Of a DNA stretch of 64,000 bases, positions 27,185-37,203 are shown in pieces. Source of the DNA: a bacterium (GTDB taxonomy: Bacteria; Patescibacteriota; Microgenomatia; Curtissbacterales; GWA2-41-24); the NCBI GenBank assembly GCA_021813125.1, contig JAKALT010000003.1:7800-71799 (forward strand), written 5' to 3'. Position 1 is the first letter of the stretch, and each line of letters opens with the position of its first letter. Below the pieces are notes generated by a model. The model did not search any database. It was not told the origin of the DNA and was given only the letters and a program-made list of their open reading frames with translations. The position numbers and the translations under genes are program-made.

Positions 27185-28888
27185 ATGTATGCCGATATTG
27201 TTGTCTTAACTTACCAGGCTCCTGACATAGATTACTTTACTTACAAAATCCCCGACAATTTAAAAGTTAAAATCGGGCAACTTGTCGAAGTGCCTTTTGG
27301 CAAAAGAAGCCCCACTGGCATTGTGCTTAGCACAAGCACAGAAGTTCGAAATTCGAAATTAGAAATTCGAAATTTAAAGGAGGTATCAAAAGTTATCTCA
27401 TCAGACCCCATACTCCTCCCTTACCAAGTTGATCTACTCAGATGGATGTCCAATTATTACCTTGCCACGATGGTTAACTGTTTGGAAGTAATGATACCCA
27501 AAATTCCCCCGCAAAAGGCCAGGCCTTTTGCTACAGACATACCTAAGTTAAGGCCTGGCCTTAGCCACGAGCCCCAATCCCTCATCCTCGTCCCCACAAT
27601 AAACCGCATCCCGGAAACTTTGGCCAAATTTCCCAAAGCTAAAAATTACGCCGTTTACCATAACGAACTGAAACCGGCCGGAAAATTCGCAACCTGGATG
27701 AAAATTTTATCCGATGATGCAGATTATGTCTTCGGCTCCCGCTCCGCAATATTTTCTCCATGCCCCAACCTCAAAGAAATAATAATTTACGACGAACACG
27801 ACGGTGCCTACAAAGACGAACGGTCACCGTATTTCGATACCTTAACAGTTGCCCAAAAAATTGCGGCGTTAACCCGAGCCGAGCTAAAAATAGTCGACCC
27901 CTCCCCCAGAATCACCACGTATTTTGCGCTTAAAAGCCGTATTAAAATCCAAAACTTTTCCCAAAAAACAACAGTAATCAACATGCTAAACGAAAGGCAA
28001 AGCCAAAGGCACAGCCCCATAAGTTTCGACTTGGAAGAAGAAATCAAAAATATCCTAGAAAAGGAAGGTCGTGTGTTTCTTTTTTTAAACAAAAAAAAGG
28101 AATCGGGCCATATGTTTTGCAAGGCGTGCAAAAATTCCGAGTTTCTACAAAAACAACCGGAAACTTGCCCGAATTGTAACTCTGCGGACATTTTTTGGAA
28201 TGTACTAAATATCGAATCTCTTGCCGCCGAAGTCAAAAAACTGTTTTCCAAAACGCAAGTCAACTTAATTTTCCAAAAGCAGTCAGCAGTAAGCAGTCAG
28301 CAGTTAACAATAGATATTGGCACCGCCTATTCCCTCTATGCCCCACTTTTAAAAAAGTATGATCTTGTCGCCCACATTCAAACGGATTCGTTAATCAACA
28401 TCGTAGATTTCAATTCCCAGGAAAAACTTTATAGCCAAATCACGACGCTTAAAAAACTTCTAAAACCAACCGGCAAGCTCTTCCTCCAAACCTACAATCC
28501 GCAAAATCCGGCCATTGAATTTGCATCAAATGGAAATTATGGAGCCTTTTTTACAGGCGAGTTATCGCAAAGAAAGCAGCTTTTCTACCCGCCTTTTGGA
28601 ATGCTTTTCAAGCTAACAGTAAAAGGCAAAAACAAACAGAAGATTTTAAAGGAAGCCGAAAATCTCGCGAGTCAACTTCGATCAACGATAAACGATTCAC
28701 GATTGACGATCTTGGGCCCATACGAATCTGTCTTTGTGCAAAAAACACCAAGCTGTCATATAATCTGCAAATACTCTCTCAAAACTTATAATCTGCAGGA
28801 AAGAGAAAAAGCTGTCCAATATTTTAAATCCATAAGCAGTTTGCCGAAAAACTGGCAACTTGTTGTCGAACCTGATTCAATAAACTAA
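27185..28888 (+). CDS. priA: Primosomal protein N' (PriA), reduced form
   Basis: N-terminal YFTY..GQLVEVPFG, GSRSAIFSP, IYDEHDGAYK, QTYNP, RKQLFYPPF, VEPD; no Walker A; two CxxC only. Confidence 0.88.
   Translation: MYADIVVLTYQAPDIDYFTYKIPDNLKVKIGQLVEVPFGKRSPTGIVLSTSTEVRNSKLEIRNLKEVSKVISSDPILLPYQVDLLRWMSNYYLATMVNCLEVMIPKIPPQKARPFATDIPKLRPGLSHEPQSLILVPTINRIPETLAKFPKAKNYAVYHNELKPAGKFATWMKILSDDADYVFGSRSAIFSPCPNLKEIIIYDEHDGAYKDERSPYFDTLTVAQKIAALTRAELKIVDPSPRITTYFALKSRIKIQNFSQKTTVINMLNERQSQRHSPISFDLEEEIKNILEKEGRVFLFLNKKKESGHMFCKACKNSEFLQKQPETCPNCNSADIFWNVLNIESLAAEVKKLFSKTQVNLIFQKQSAVSSQQLTIDIGTAYSLYAPLLKKYDLVAHIQTDSLINIVDFNSQEKLYSQITTLKKLLKPTGKLFLQTYNPQNPAIEFASNGNYGAFFTGELSQRKQLFYPPFGMLFKLTVKGKNKQKILKEAENLASQLRSTINDSRLTILGPYESVFVQKTPSCHIICKYSLKTYNLQEREKAVQYFKSISSLPKNWQLVVEPDSIN
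27515..27562. repeat. REP-like hairpin in frame inside priA
   Basis: aaggccaggcctt-22nt-aaggcctggcctt. Confidence 0.85.
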
Positions 28889-29415
28889 TGGTAAAGCCAA
28901 TCTTAACAATTCCAAAAGACGATCAGGCCTTGCGTCAAAAGTCGCAAGCTGTAACCACCTTCGACAAGTCGGTCGAAAATTTGGTAACCGACCTTACCGA
29001 CACCATCGACGCCCAAACCGACCCGGTCGGCCTTGGCCTTTCCGCACCTCAAATTGGTGTTTTTAAAAGGGTTTTTGTGGCAAGGATCAGAAACAAACTG
29101 AAAAGTTTTGTTAACCCAAAAATTACCAAATTTTCCCAAGCCGAAACCAGTTTTTTGGAAGGATGCTTTTCCGTTCCCGAAATCTACGGTCACGTCATAA
29201 GGCCGGCAGAAATAGATCTTCTGTCGCAGGACATGCACGGCAAAAGTTCTAACATCCACTACAAAGGCGTTCCCGCCAGGATTATTCAGCACGAGCTGGA
29301 CCACCTGGACGGCATTTTGTTTATAGACCATGTCCACACCCAAAACGGCAAAGTTTTCAAAGTAGAAAAAGACAAACGCGGCAAAGAACAGTTTATCGAG
29401 GTCTCACTCCCTTAG
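28888..29415 (+). CDS. def: Peptide deformylase
   Basis: GLGLSAPQIG, EGCFS, QHELDHLDG. Confidence 0.97.
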   Translation: MVKPILTIPKDDQALRQKSQAVTTFDKSVENLVTDLTDTIDAQTDPVGLGLSAPQIGVFKRVFVARIRNKLKSFVNPKITKFSQAETSFLEGCFSVPEIYGHVIRPAEIDLLSQDMHGKSSNIHYKGVPARIIQHELDHLDGILFIDHVHTQNGKVFKVEKDKRGKEQFIEVSLP

Positions 29416-30935
29416 GAATTTCTCCCAACCATCTTGCCCAAAGCTCTTCCTAACCTTCCTGTTTTAGCACGTTTGTATCTCTGTATGTACTCTGCTTGAA
29501 CATCTTTGATACCAGATCGACGCACGGATTCGGCAATCTGGGCATTAACCGGCTCCAATATTTCTGATTTCTTGTCCCAATTTACCGAATGCAGAGCACC
29601 AACAATCGGCCTACCACCACTCCTCCTTACAAGTCTATCTTGAAGGTAGGCTAAATCACTTTCACTTAAACCAAATAGACCCGGTTTACGCAGGGAAGCT
29701 TCTAGGATTTTTTCATTAATATCATACGACACTTCCTCTCCTCTTAAACTACTTAAAAATTCTTTATAGCCCGGAGATGTTTTAAACAAGTCATTATGTC
29801 GCTCGATCAATTTTGAACTCAAATTAATACCATGCATCCTCTCTTCAATCGCCTCCTCAAGCACTTCTTTTGAAAAACCCATCAAAAGACCAGTTTTCAT
29901 TGCCTGCGCCCTTGCTATTTCCGGACTCCAAGTTACTGTTTCGGTTGGTCTTTCACGAAAAAGGGCCAGCTGGATTGGTGTTATTACAGGATGGAAAAGG
30001 ACCTTGGCAGTTCCAACCTGATCCTCTTTATAAGATAACCTTACTCCGCTGTATGCTTGCATAGGATTTTGGTCCTCCCAAAGTCCTTCTCGAAGTATTT
30101 CCCACTTCAATCCATTTTTAAAATTATCATCATCAGATGCATTTTCATCCCAATCTGTAAATACATCCCTATTTCCTTCAACTATCTTTTTAACTGCCTC
30201 TGGGTTATAAAGGATTAAATTGTCTACCCAACGTCCTTTGTGAACTTGATGTGCATATAACCGTAAATTTATTCCCTGCTCTTCAAAAAATTTCTGCAGA
30301 GCCTCGGGCGAAGCGTGGTTGCTGACAGTGTAAAAATTCTTCAAATCCAAAAACACCATCGGCCTCTCGCCCGATAGCACTTCCAGAATACCTTCTGCTT
30401 CCTGCCCCACTGATAAATGCTTCGCAATTTCCCGCCCGTTCCAAACCTCACGCTGCGAATGCGAACCCACTCCCGCAGGCTCAAACCGCCTCACAAATCT
30501 TCCATTTTCGTCAAAACATGCATCCAATGCCCTGCGGTATGTAGCAAGAGCTTGCTCTCTCTTTTCAGAAACACCCTCCGGTGTTTTTTTTGTGGGAGTA
30601 ATTGTGGTTTCACCTGGAGAACCTGGAGGAACTTCAGGAGAAGATGTGTTAACAGGCGCAGTTTCATCCAGACTCTTTACTTCTGAAAGGGGCTTTCTAA
30701 CTTGCTCAGCGTTATCAGGAGTTGTGAGCTTATCCTTCGCTTGTCTTAACTCGTCCATCGAATCAAAACGCCTATATCCACGTGGGCGCCTGTGGACGAA
30801 TTTTCCGTACAACTCCCGCAACCTGCGTATCCGGCCGTTCGCCGCCGCTTGCTCTGAATTGGATGAAGCTGCACGCTTTGTACTTCCAAGCGAAGCTTCC
30901 GGTCTAGCAGGTTCTCTTGTCTCGAACTTACCCAT
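29412..30935 (-). CDS. Hypothetical protein, 507 aa
   Basis: Long uninterrupted ORF antisense between def and fmt; low-complexity N-terminus; no motif recognised. Confidence 0.75.
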   Translation of the reverse strand: MGKFETREPARPEASLGSTKRAASSNSEQAAANGRIRRLRELYGKFVHRRPRGYRRFDSMDELRQAKDKLTTPDNAEQVRKPLSEVKSLDETAPVNTSSPEVPPGSPGETTITPTKKTPEGVSEKREQALATYRRALDACFDENGRFVRRFEPAGVGSHSQREVWNGREIAKHLSVGQEAEGILEVLSGERPMVFLDLKNFYTVSNHASPEALQKFFEEQGINLRLYAHQVHKGRWVDNLILYNPEAVKKIVEGNRDVFTDWDENASDDDNFKNGLKWEILREGLWEDQNPMQAYSGVRLSYKEDQVGTAKVLFHPVITPIQLALFRERPTETVTWSPEIARAQAMKTGLLMGFSKEVLEEAIEERMHGINLSSKLIERHNDLFKTSPGYKEFLSSLRGEEVSYDINEKILEASLRKPGLFGLSESDLAYLQDRLVRRSGGRPIVGALHSVNWDKKSEILEPVNAQIAESVRRSGIKDVQAEYIQRYKRAKTGRLGRALGKMVGRNS

Positions 30936-31012
30936 TTAGGCTAATTCAATTGTAAACCTATTCTCTTCCGGATTGAATAATCACTTTGTTACAAGAGTTA
31001 TAATTAAAACTT

Positions 31013-31894
31013 ATGAAACCTATAAAAATCGCATTTTTTGGCACGCCGCAAAACGCAGCTATAGTTCTGGAAAAACTTGTCCAGACAAAGTACAAACCGG
31101 GTCTAATCATCACAACTCCAGATGTCCAACAAGGCCGCGGCCAAAAATTGCAGGAATCACCTGTTAAAACTTTAGCATCAGTTCATGGCATCGATGTTTT
31201 GGAGCCGGAAGATTTGGAAAATCCCGAATTTGTTAAAAGTTTTAAAAATTTTGCCCCTGGCGTTGCAATACTTGTAGCCTACGGAAAAATAATCCCCCAA
31301 GAAGTCTTGAATATTCCCCGCTTAGGGTTTTTAAACATCCACCCTTCACTTCTTCCCAAATACCGCGGCCCATCGCCTATCTACGAAGTAATTTTGGCAG
31401 GTGACAAAAGAACTGGGGTGACTATCATAAAACTTGATCCTGAGCTCGACCATGGCCCGATTCTTGCTCAAAAAGAACTCGAAATAGAAAACGCCGATAC
31501 CCATCAGTCGATAATGGAAAAAACGGCAATTTTGGGTGGCGATTTACTAATAGAAATATTGCCCGGTTACTTGGATAGATCAATAAAACCCAAACCCCAG
31601 AACCATTCCGGGGCCACCTATACCGAAAAAATTGAAAAGCAAAACGGCTTGATTGATTTAAATAGTCCACCGGATCCAAAAACATTAAACCGTATGATCC
31701 GAGCCTACTTCCCCTGGCCTACTGTCTGGGCAGAAATCGAAACACGCGACACGAAAAACGGAATACGAAAATTCAAAATCAAGTTTTTACCGGAAAATAA
31801 AATCCAGCCGGAGGGAAAGCGGCCGATGAGCCTAAAAGAATTTCAAAACGGCTACCCAAATATCTCTCAACAAATTTCAACTTTATTTGACTAA
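31013..31894 (+). CDS. fmt: Methionyl-tRNA formyltransferase
   Basis: FFGTP, VAYGKIIP, NIHPSLLPKYRGPSP, LDHGPIL, RAYFPWP. Confidence 0.97.
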   Translation: MKPIKIAFFGTPQNAAIVLEKLVQTKYKPGLIITTPDVQQGRGQKLQESPVKTLASVHGIDVLEPEDLENPEFVKSFKNFAPGVAILVAYGKIIPQEVLNIPRLGFLNIHPSLLPKYRGPSPIYEVILAGDKRTGVTIIKLDPELDHGPILAQKELEIENADTHQSIMEKTAILGGDLLIEILPGYLDRSIKPKPQNHSGATYTEKIEKQNGLIDLNSPPDPKTLNRMIRAYFPWPTVWAEIETRDTKNGIRKFKIKFLPENKIQPEGKRPMSLKEFQNGYPNISQQISTLFD

Positions 31895-31923
31895 AGTTAA
31901 GTCAAAGGATAAAATCCCCCGAA

Positions 31924-32508
31924 ATGGCAGAGAGAAGAAAGCCGGAACCAGTAACCGATTATCTTTTTTTTAAAAAGCTCCGTGAGCTTTATCCCATTAA
32001 GACAGTTTATTATCCAGGTTGTGGTTCAGACAAAAAACTTGAAGACTATTTTGCCAAGGAGGAGATAGTATATCTGGATAATGGATACAGAAGAATGTTC
32101 ATTCTAGACGCCCAACAAGAAATAGAAAGAGGTATAAAAACTGCAGGCAGAGTATCAGCAGATTACGGACGTGCCCCCTTTAAAGATGAAGTTTTTGATG
32201 CCCTTTATTTTAATGATAATCATGCAGATTCCAAAGAATTTGAGGAAATGCTGCGACTCGTTAAACCCGGAGGCCTTGTAATAATAGCTAACACATGTTT
32301 CGGCGGAGTATCTAAGCCTCAAGCTATGAGAACATCAAACCTAAAAAACTTGCGCCTTCCCTTCAGGCATATTGCGGATGCGGCAGATCGCTTAATCGTT
32401 CTTCAAAAGGAAAACGGTGGTGACTGCAAAGTTCCACCAGGACTTTTGGATCTATTAAAAAATATTCCAGGAATCAGTCTTGGTTTTACCAGCGAGCCTA
32501 TTGATTAA
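31924..32508 (+). CDS. Class I SAM-dependent methyltransferase-like protein
   Basis: YYPGCGSD, VYLD, PFKDEVFD, LRLVKPGGLV. Confidence 0.75.
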   Translation: MAERRKPEPVTDYLFFKKLRELYPIKTVYYPGCGSDKKLEDYFAKEEIVYLDNGYRRMFILDAQQEIERGIKTAGRVSADYGRAPFKDEVFDALYFNDNHADSKEFEEMLRLVKPGGLVIIANTCFGGVSKPQAMRTSNLKNLRLPFRHIADAADRLIVLQKENGGDCKVPPGLLDLLKNIPGISLGFTSEPID

Positions 32509-32509
32509 A

Positions 32510-32788
32510 TTAGGCGTTGGCTATCTGAGGAATTTTGGGAGTTACTTTTTCTGCTTTTTCGACCTTTTTAGAAACTTTCTTTTCCATTTCCGCCTTAACC
32601 CTGCGAAGACATTTTGTGCAAAGACGCATTGTTTTTCGTACACCTTTGTATGTTACTTTCACCGAATGCAAATTTACCTGCCAGACTTTTCGCTTTTTGG
32701 TCGCCCTCATAGCCCATCCTCCACCATATTGGTGAGCGCCCGACTTTTGGATTACAGATTTTTTACCGCAAACTTCACAAACTCTCAT
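32510..32788 (-). CDS. rpmB: 50S ribosomal protein L28
   Basis: RVCEVCGK..TKKRKVWQVNL..RLCTKCLR. Confidence 0.92.
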   Translation of the reverse strand: MRVCEVCGKKSVIQKSGAHQYGGGWAMRATKKRKVWQVNLHSVKVTYKGVRKTMRLCTKCLRRVKAEMEKKVSKKVEKAEKVTPKIPQIANA

Positions 32789-32917
32789 GATATAAAATTA
32801 AACTCCAATTCTAAAAATCCAAACTCCAAAATTTTGGAATTTGGACATTGGCCATTGCCAATTTAATTCTGCTAGAATATACCATAAGCCGGAATTCAAA
32901 ACAAGGCTAAGCAAATA

Positions 32918-33565
32918 ATGCTGATTTTAACTCTTTTACAAACAAATCCCCTAGTCGCCTTGACGTTTGTTGCCGGCCTTGTTATAGGTATTTCTATTCA
33001 CGAAGCGGCCCACGCTTTAGTCGCATATAGACTTGGGGACCCGACCGGAAAGATTGCCGGCAGGCTAACTTTAAACCCTGCTGCCCACCTTGACCCTATC
33101 GGAACAATAGCGCTTTTGGTTGTCGGAATCGGCTGGGGAAAACCTACACCTTTCGATCCGTTTAATTTAAGAAACATCAAAAGGGACTCTGCTTTAATTT
33201 CCGTTGCGGGTGCAGCCTCTAACTTTCTACTGGCACTTGCCCTCTCCGCTCCTTATCTTATTGCCTACTACACTGGAACGCTAAACCATTCGATTCTGGG
33301 CGTCTATCAAATAATTACAATTGCTATCTGGATAAATTTAATCCTTGGTGTTTTTAACTTAATCCCGGTTCACCCGCTGGACGGTTTTAAAGTTTTAGCA
33401 GGGCTTCTGCCGCGCGACTGGTATTACGATTTTATCCAAACCGAACGTTATGGAATATTTATTCTTATTCTTTTGCTTTTTACAGGCATGATTGGGAAGA
33501 TACTTTATCCCATTGTATCGGTCCTTTTTAATTTTTTAATCCCGGGTTTTACCGCACCCTTTTAG
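32918..33565 (+). CDS. Site-2 protease (peptidase M50)
   Basis: HEAAH, GRLTLNP, FNLIPVHPLDG. Confidence 0.95.
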   Translation: MLILTLLQTNPLVALTFVAGLVIGISIHEAAHALVAYRLGDPTGKIAGRLTLNPAAHLDPIGTIALLVVGIGWGKPTPFDPFNLRNIKRDSALISVAGAASNFLLALALSAPYLIAYYTGTLNHSILGVYQIITIAIWINLILGVFNLIPVHPLDGFKVLAGLLPRDWYYDFIQTERYGIFILILLLFTGMIGKILYPIVSVLFNFLIPGFTAPF

Positions 33566-33628
33566 CCTCAATAACCGCTTTTTTTAACTTGACCAATGTG
33601 CTATTATTAAAGTGTTCACAGGAAGCAA

Positions 33629-33785
33629 ACCCTACTTAGGTTGCACTTTAAAAAAGTTTTAGCCTTTTTCTTCGCCTTCAAGTATTATCTCGGGGATCCG
33701 ATACTTGCATTACCGAGGTATAGCGATGAGGATACCCACCTGGGAAAGTCCGAAGAAAAACTAAACCATGCGCCAATAGTAGGGT
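33629..33785 (+). ncRNA. ssrS: Probable 6S RNA
   Basis: ORF-free region between an extended -10 (TGcTATTAT, 33599-33607) and a terminator; nested pairing accctact/agtagggt, tttag/ctaaa, tttttcttcg/cgaagaaaaa; GAGGATACCCACCTG resembles a 6S motif (from recall, not searched). Confidence 0.55.
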
Positions 33786-33797
33786 CGCCATTATCAT

Positions 33798-33822
33798 AAA
33801 CCAAGCAATCGCTTGGTTTTTT
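33798..33822 (+). terminator. Intrinsic terminator
   Basis: aaaccaagc-aatc-gcttggttt followed by T run. Confidence 0.85.
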
Positions 33823-33837
33823 ATTTGGCCTTGACTC

Positions 33838-33884
33838 AAGGTCAGGCCTTAACCCAGGTTAATCATTTGTAAAGGCCTGACCTT
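33838..33884. repeat. REP-like hairpin
   Basis: aaggtcaggcctt-21nt-aaggcctgacctt. Confidence 0.85.
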
Positions 33885-33920
33885 TACAACAGCCATTGAT
33901 ATTTGATTTTTTTTGGAAAT

Positions 33921-34442
33921 TTATTTTGCCCCGACGATAACTGCGATGTCCGCAGAATCTGTAGACTCAAGTGGTGTAGCACCCGCAACAGCCGAATATT
34001 TGTCCGAAAGGTCGGATATCAACTGATCTTTGTATTTTAGAAAGTCCGGCTTAAAATCAACTTCTGTATTGGTGTAGTCGTAATTACTGGCATTACCGAC
34101 AGAAACAACAGTATAGCCTTTGCCCTGCAGCAAATCTTTAACTGCGGAAGCCTTTCCCGCAACACCGCTTCCATTTAAAACTTTAACTTTTGGAACGCTT
34201 CTGTCGAGAGTTTCGGGTTGAGGGGTTGCTTCTTCCATCGGAACAACAGTCGCTTCAGGCGTTGGAGATGCTTTGGCAACAAACGGGCTGTACTTGGCAA
34301 ATGGCCCTATGCCTCTAAAAAACGCAAATGCCAAAGCGCCGATTATAATCAGAATGATAAGAAGCCATAACCACTTGGCACTTTTCCCCTGGGACTCCTG
34401 GTAAATTGGACCGGTTGCCTGCGGTGTGTTTTGATCGTCCAT
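33921..34442 (-). CDS. Membrane-anchored LytR C-terminal domain protein
   Basis: TM, P/T linker, VKVLNGSGVAGKA..GNA..DIAVIVG. Confidence 0.88.
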   Translation of the reverse strand: MDDQNTPQATGPIYQESQGKSAKWLWLLIILIIIGALAFAFFRGIGPFAKYSPFVAKASPTPEATVVPMEEATPQPETLDRSVPKVKVLNGSGVAGKASAVKDLLQGKGYTVVSVGNASNYDYTNTEVDFKPDFLKYKDQLISDLSDKYSAVAGATPLESTDSADIAVIVGAK

Positions 34443-34535
34443 AATATAAACCGACCAAATTGTATCAAATTATGTCAAGGGGGTAAATAAGCGGTCTATA
34501 TTTCATGCTATATTATCCTTATTAACAAAGCTAAA

Positions 34536-36443
34536 ATGCTTCGGAAAATTAATCTTACAATCCTGGCAGTTTTTATTCTTTTGGGAATTTATTTTATAAG
34601 AGTAAGATCTGTTGGAGACACCGCAGATACATATTGGCACTTGGCAGTTGGCCGTCAGGTTTGGCAGGAAAAACACATTTCCCAAACCGATGATTTTGTT
34701 TACGGCAAAGCCGACACCCACTACACCTCAACCGAATGGCTTTCCGGATTAATCTTTTTTATGTTTGCAAAATTTTTGGGTTTTGAAAGCCTGGTCATTT
34801 TAAGAGTTGCCTGCGGCCTTGGCGCTGTTTTTTTCCTTTACAAAACTTTAGAGATATTTACTAAAGAAGAGAAGGTTCAAATTGCCGTTATGGCTGCAAC
34901 CGGTTATGTTTTGGCAATTAGGCTTTTCGACCGGCCTGAAAACTTCAGCATTTTATTTGTTGCAGCAATAAACTACGTTTGTCTAAAGTATTTTTTCAAT
35001 GAAACCCTCAGTAAATTACTTTACAGCTTTCCGCTGATTTTTCTTGTCTGGCCGAGCATCCACGCATTTGTTGTTTATGGCTATGCCCTATTTTCTTTTT
35101 GGATAATAATCTACTCATACGAATTTATAAGAAAAATTAAAACCCGGCCAAAGTTTTTGCAAGTCGTTTCTCTTTGGGCAATTTCAACAGCCGCCATCCT
35201 AATCCAGGCAAAGCGGTTCCTCTTTTTTTTAGAATTAAAAAAATTAACAAGTTTTAGCGTAAACGAATGGGGGTCTTTAACCGACAGAGTTTTTCTTTCC
35301 AAGGGTTACCAATTCTTTTCCCAGATGCCGGTGGAAGTATACTTTTACATCTTTACCTTGATTCTAATCTTAGGCCTTACGATTTTTTGGATCACAAAAA
35401 AAGGACAGAGAGGTCTAGCTCTTTACTTAATCTTTGCCGCATATTTTGCAATTGCCCTTACACCTTTTAGATATTACCGCCTAATCCCAATCGTCATTCT
35501 GGCATTCGCCCCTTTAGCACCTTTCTTCCTCAAAGATCTTAAAAAGCTGGCTGTTGATTTGACTGCAAAAGCGCTGACAGCTATTCTGCTAATTCTTCTC
35601 ATCGGTTCTATTTTTCTAGGTTACACTATTGGCTCCAAATCGTATTTCAAATCCTCTTTTGACGAAAATGGCCAAACAATTGGAGTCAAATCCCGCCTTT
35701 GGGGCCAGGTTTTTCCCAAAAAAACTTCCGAGGTTATCAAGGAATATCTGCAAACCAAACACCTCTACACTTTCGACTGGTGGAGCAACTATTTCATTTG
35801 GCAAAACCCACCTATTCAAACTTACAGCGATGTAATGTATCAATACCGGACTCAGGAGGATTTTTTGGAAGAACAAGCAATCGCATCAGGTGAAAAAAAT
35901 TGGGACAAGCTGGTTGAAAAATACAATATAGACACAGTTGTAAACAGCCAGTTTGCCGCCCCTAAAGGCAACAACACACCGGTTTACAAACTTGCTAACT
36001 GGAAACTTGTTTATGTCGATAATGTTTCCGCTCTTTGGGCAAGAGACGACGTGATAAAAACTTTACCCGTTGACCTTTCGGCATTAAATCTCGAACTTCA
36101 AACACCCTTAAAATTTAAACCGGAAAACAAAGACAAGGCCGTCACGCAACTCGAAAACCTCATCAAGTTTTACCCCAAAAACGATTTTGCCCGCGGTCAG
36201 CTTATCCAAAATTACATAGACGAGGGGAAAATTGCAGATGCCAAAAATCTTGCCGAGCAGTCAAGAAACCTCTTGCCTAAAGATCCAACGTTCCCTATGT
36301 ATCTCTCTGCGGTTTATGCATCTATGGGAAATTGCCGGCAGGCCTCGCAATTTTCAAAAGAAGCTCTGCGCAAAAGTTACAACGATTTTAACTTTCAAGC
36401 ACTTGAGGAGATAGTTCTCTCTAATTGCCAATCCATTCAATAA
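34536..36443 (+). CDS. Polytopic membrane protein (GT-C glycosyltransferase-like) with C-terminal TPR
   Basis: DTYWHLAVGR, EWLS, RPENFS, W..IH, EW, WKLVYVD; TPR-like tail. Confidence 0.7.
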   Translation: MLRKINLTILAVFILLGIYFIRVRSVGDTADTYWHLAVGRQVWQEKHISQTDDFVYGKADTHYTSTEWLSGLIFFMFAKFLGFESLVILRVACGLGAVFFLYKTLEIFTKEEKVQIAVMAATGYVLAIRLFDRPENFSILFVAAINYVCLKYFFNETLSKLLYSFPLIFLVWPSIHAFVVYGYALFSFWIIIYSYEFIRKIKTRPKFLQVVSLWAISTAAILIQAKRFLFFLELKKLTSFSVNEWGSLTDRVFLSKGYQFFSQMPVEVYFYIFTLILILGLTIFWITKKGQRGLALYLIFAAYFAIALTPFRYYRLIPIVILAFAPLAPFFLKDLKKLAVDLTAKALTAILLILLIGSIFLGYTIGSKSYFKSSFDENGQTIGVKSRLWGQVFPKKTSEVIKEYLQTKHLYTFDWWSNYFIWQNPPIQTYSDVMYQYRTQEDFLEEQAIASGEKNWDKLVEKYNIDTVVNSQFAAPKGNNTPVYKLANWKLVYVDNVSALWARDDVIKTLPVDLSALNLELQTPLKFKPENKDKAVTQLENLIKFYPKNDFARGQLIQNYIDEGKIADAKNLAEQSRNLLPKDPTFPMYLSAVYASMGNCRQASQFSKEALRKSYNDFNFQALEEIVLSNCQSIQ

Positions 36444-36452
36444 CTAAAGCTG

Positions 36453-36524
36453 AGCCGGCGATGGGAATCGGACCCATGACCTTTTCCTTACCAAGGAAAC
36501 GCTCTGCCACTGAGCCACGCCGGC
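36453..36524 (-). tRNA. tRNA-Thr(GGT)
   Basis: GCCGGCG acceptor, GGCTCAGTGGCAGAGC D arm, TTCCTT-GGT-AAGGAA anticodon arm; CCA not encoded. Confidence 0.93.
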
Positions 36525-36532
36525 GGGCCGAG

Positions 36533-36617
36533 TGCTGGGAGAAGGATTCGAACCTTCGGAGTCCTTTCGGACGACGGTTTTACAGACCGTTGCAATTGTC
36601 CACTCTGCCATCCCAGC
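36533..36617 (-). tRNA. tRNA-Tyr(GTA)
   Basis: GCTGGGA acceptor, ACGGTCT-GTA-AAACCGT, long variable arm, GGTTCGAATCC. Confidence 0.95.
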
Positions 36618-36624
36618 TTGTTTG

Positions 36625-36696
36625 AGCCGACTGTCGGATTCGAACCGACGACCTACTGTTTACAAAACAGTTGCTCTGCCACTGAGCTAAGTCGGC
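36625..36696 (-). tRNA. tRNA-Thr(TGT)
   Basis: GCCGACT acceptor, CTGTTT-TGT-AAACAG, GGTTCGAATCC. Confidence 0.95.
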
Positions 36697-36713
36697 CGAT
36701 AGCAGCGAATATG

Positions 36714-36742
36714 ATTTTACATTAAACACGTAATTTGGGCAA
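36714..36742 (-). promoter_or_regulatory. Promoter of the tRNA operon
   Basis: TTGCCC-17bp-TAAAAT. Confidence 0.65.
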
Positions 36743-36785
36743 TTTAAAATTCCCATCCCGCGCATTCCCTGCTAAAATAAAATCA

Positions 36786-37199
36786 ATGCCCCTCCGAAAT
36801 AAAGCAGTCAGCAGTCTGCAGCATGCAGTCAGCAAAAAAGGCTTCACCTTAATCGAGGTACTACTTTCTTCATTTTTCTTTATCGCCTTAATAACCATCC
36901 TTCTTTCATCCTCGGGGACCCTATTAAACACCAGAAAAACTAACCTGGAAACTGTCGCTTCAAAAGTCGCCAGCAAACAAATCGAAAACTTAAGAAATAT
37001 GCCTTACGCTTCGGTCACCTCAGGCTCTATTGTAGACGGCGATCTCTCAAAATTACCCCAAGGGGCAGGAACCAAAACTGTCACCAGTTACCAGTCCAGC
37101 GCGGACATCAAAGACGTTCTAATTACAGTTACCTGGGTAGAAAACCACGCATCCAAGCAACTGAAAATGGAAACCTTAATTTACAAAAACGGATTGTAA
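36786..37199 (+). CDS. Type IV minor pilin (PilV-like)
   Basis: KKG|FTLIEV N-methylation motif; start at MPLRNK; leader contains a 7-bp array (36803-36837). Confidence 0.85.
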   Translation: MPLRNKAVSSLQHAVSKKGFTLIEVLLSSFFFIALITILLSSSGTLLNTRKTNLETVASKVASKQIENLRNMPYASVTSGSIVDGDLSKLPQGAGTKTVTSYQSSADIKDVLITVTWVENHASKQLKMETLIYKNGL

Positions 37200-37203
37200 A
37201 ATC

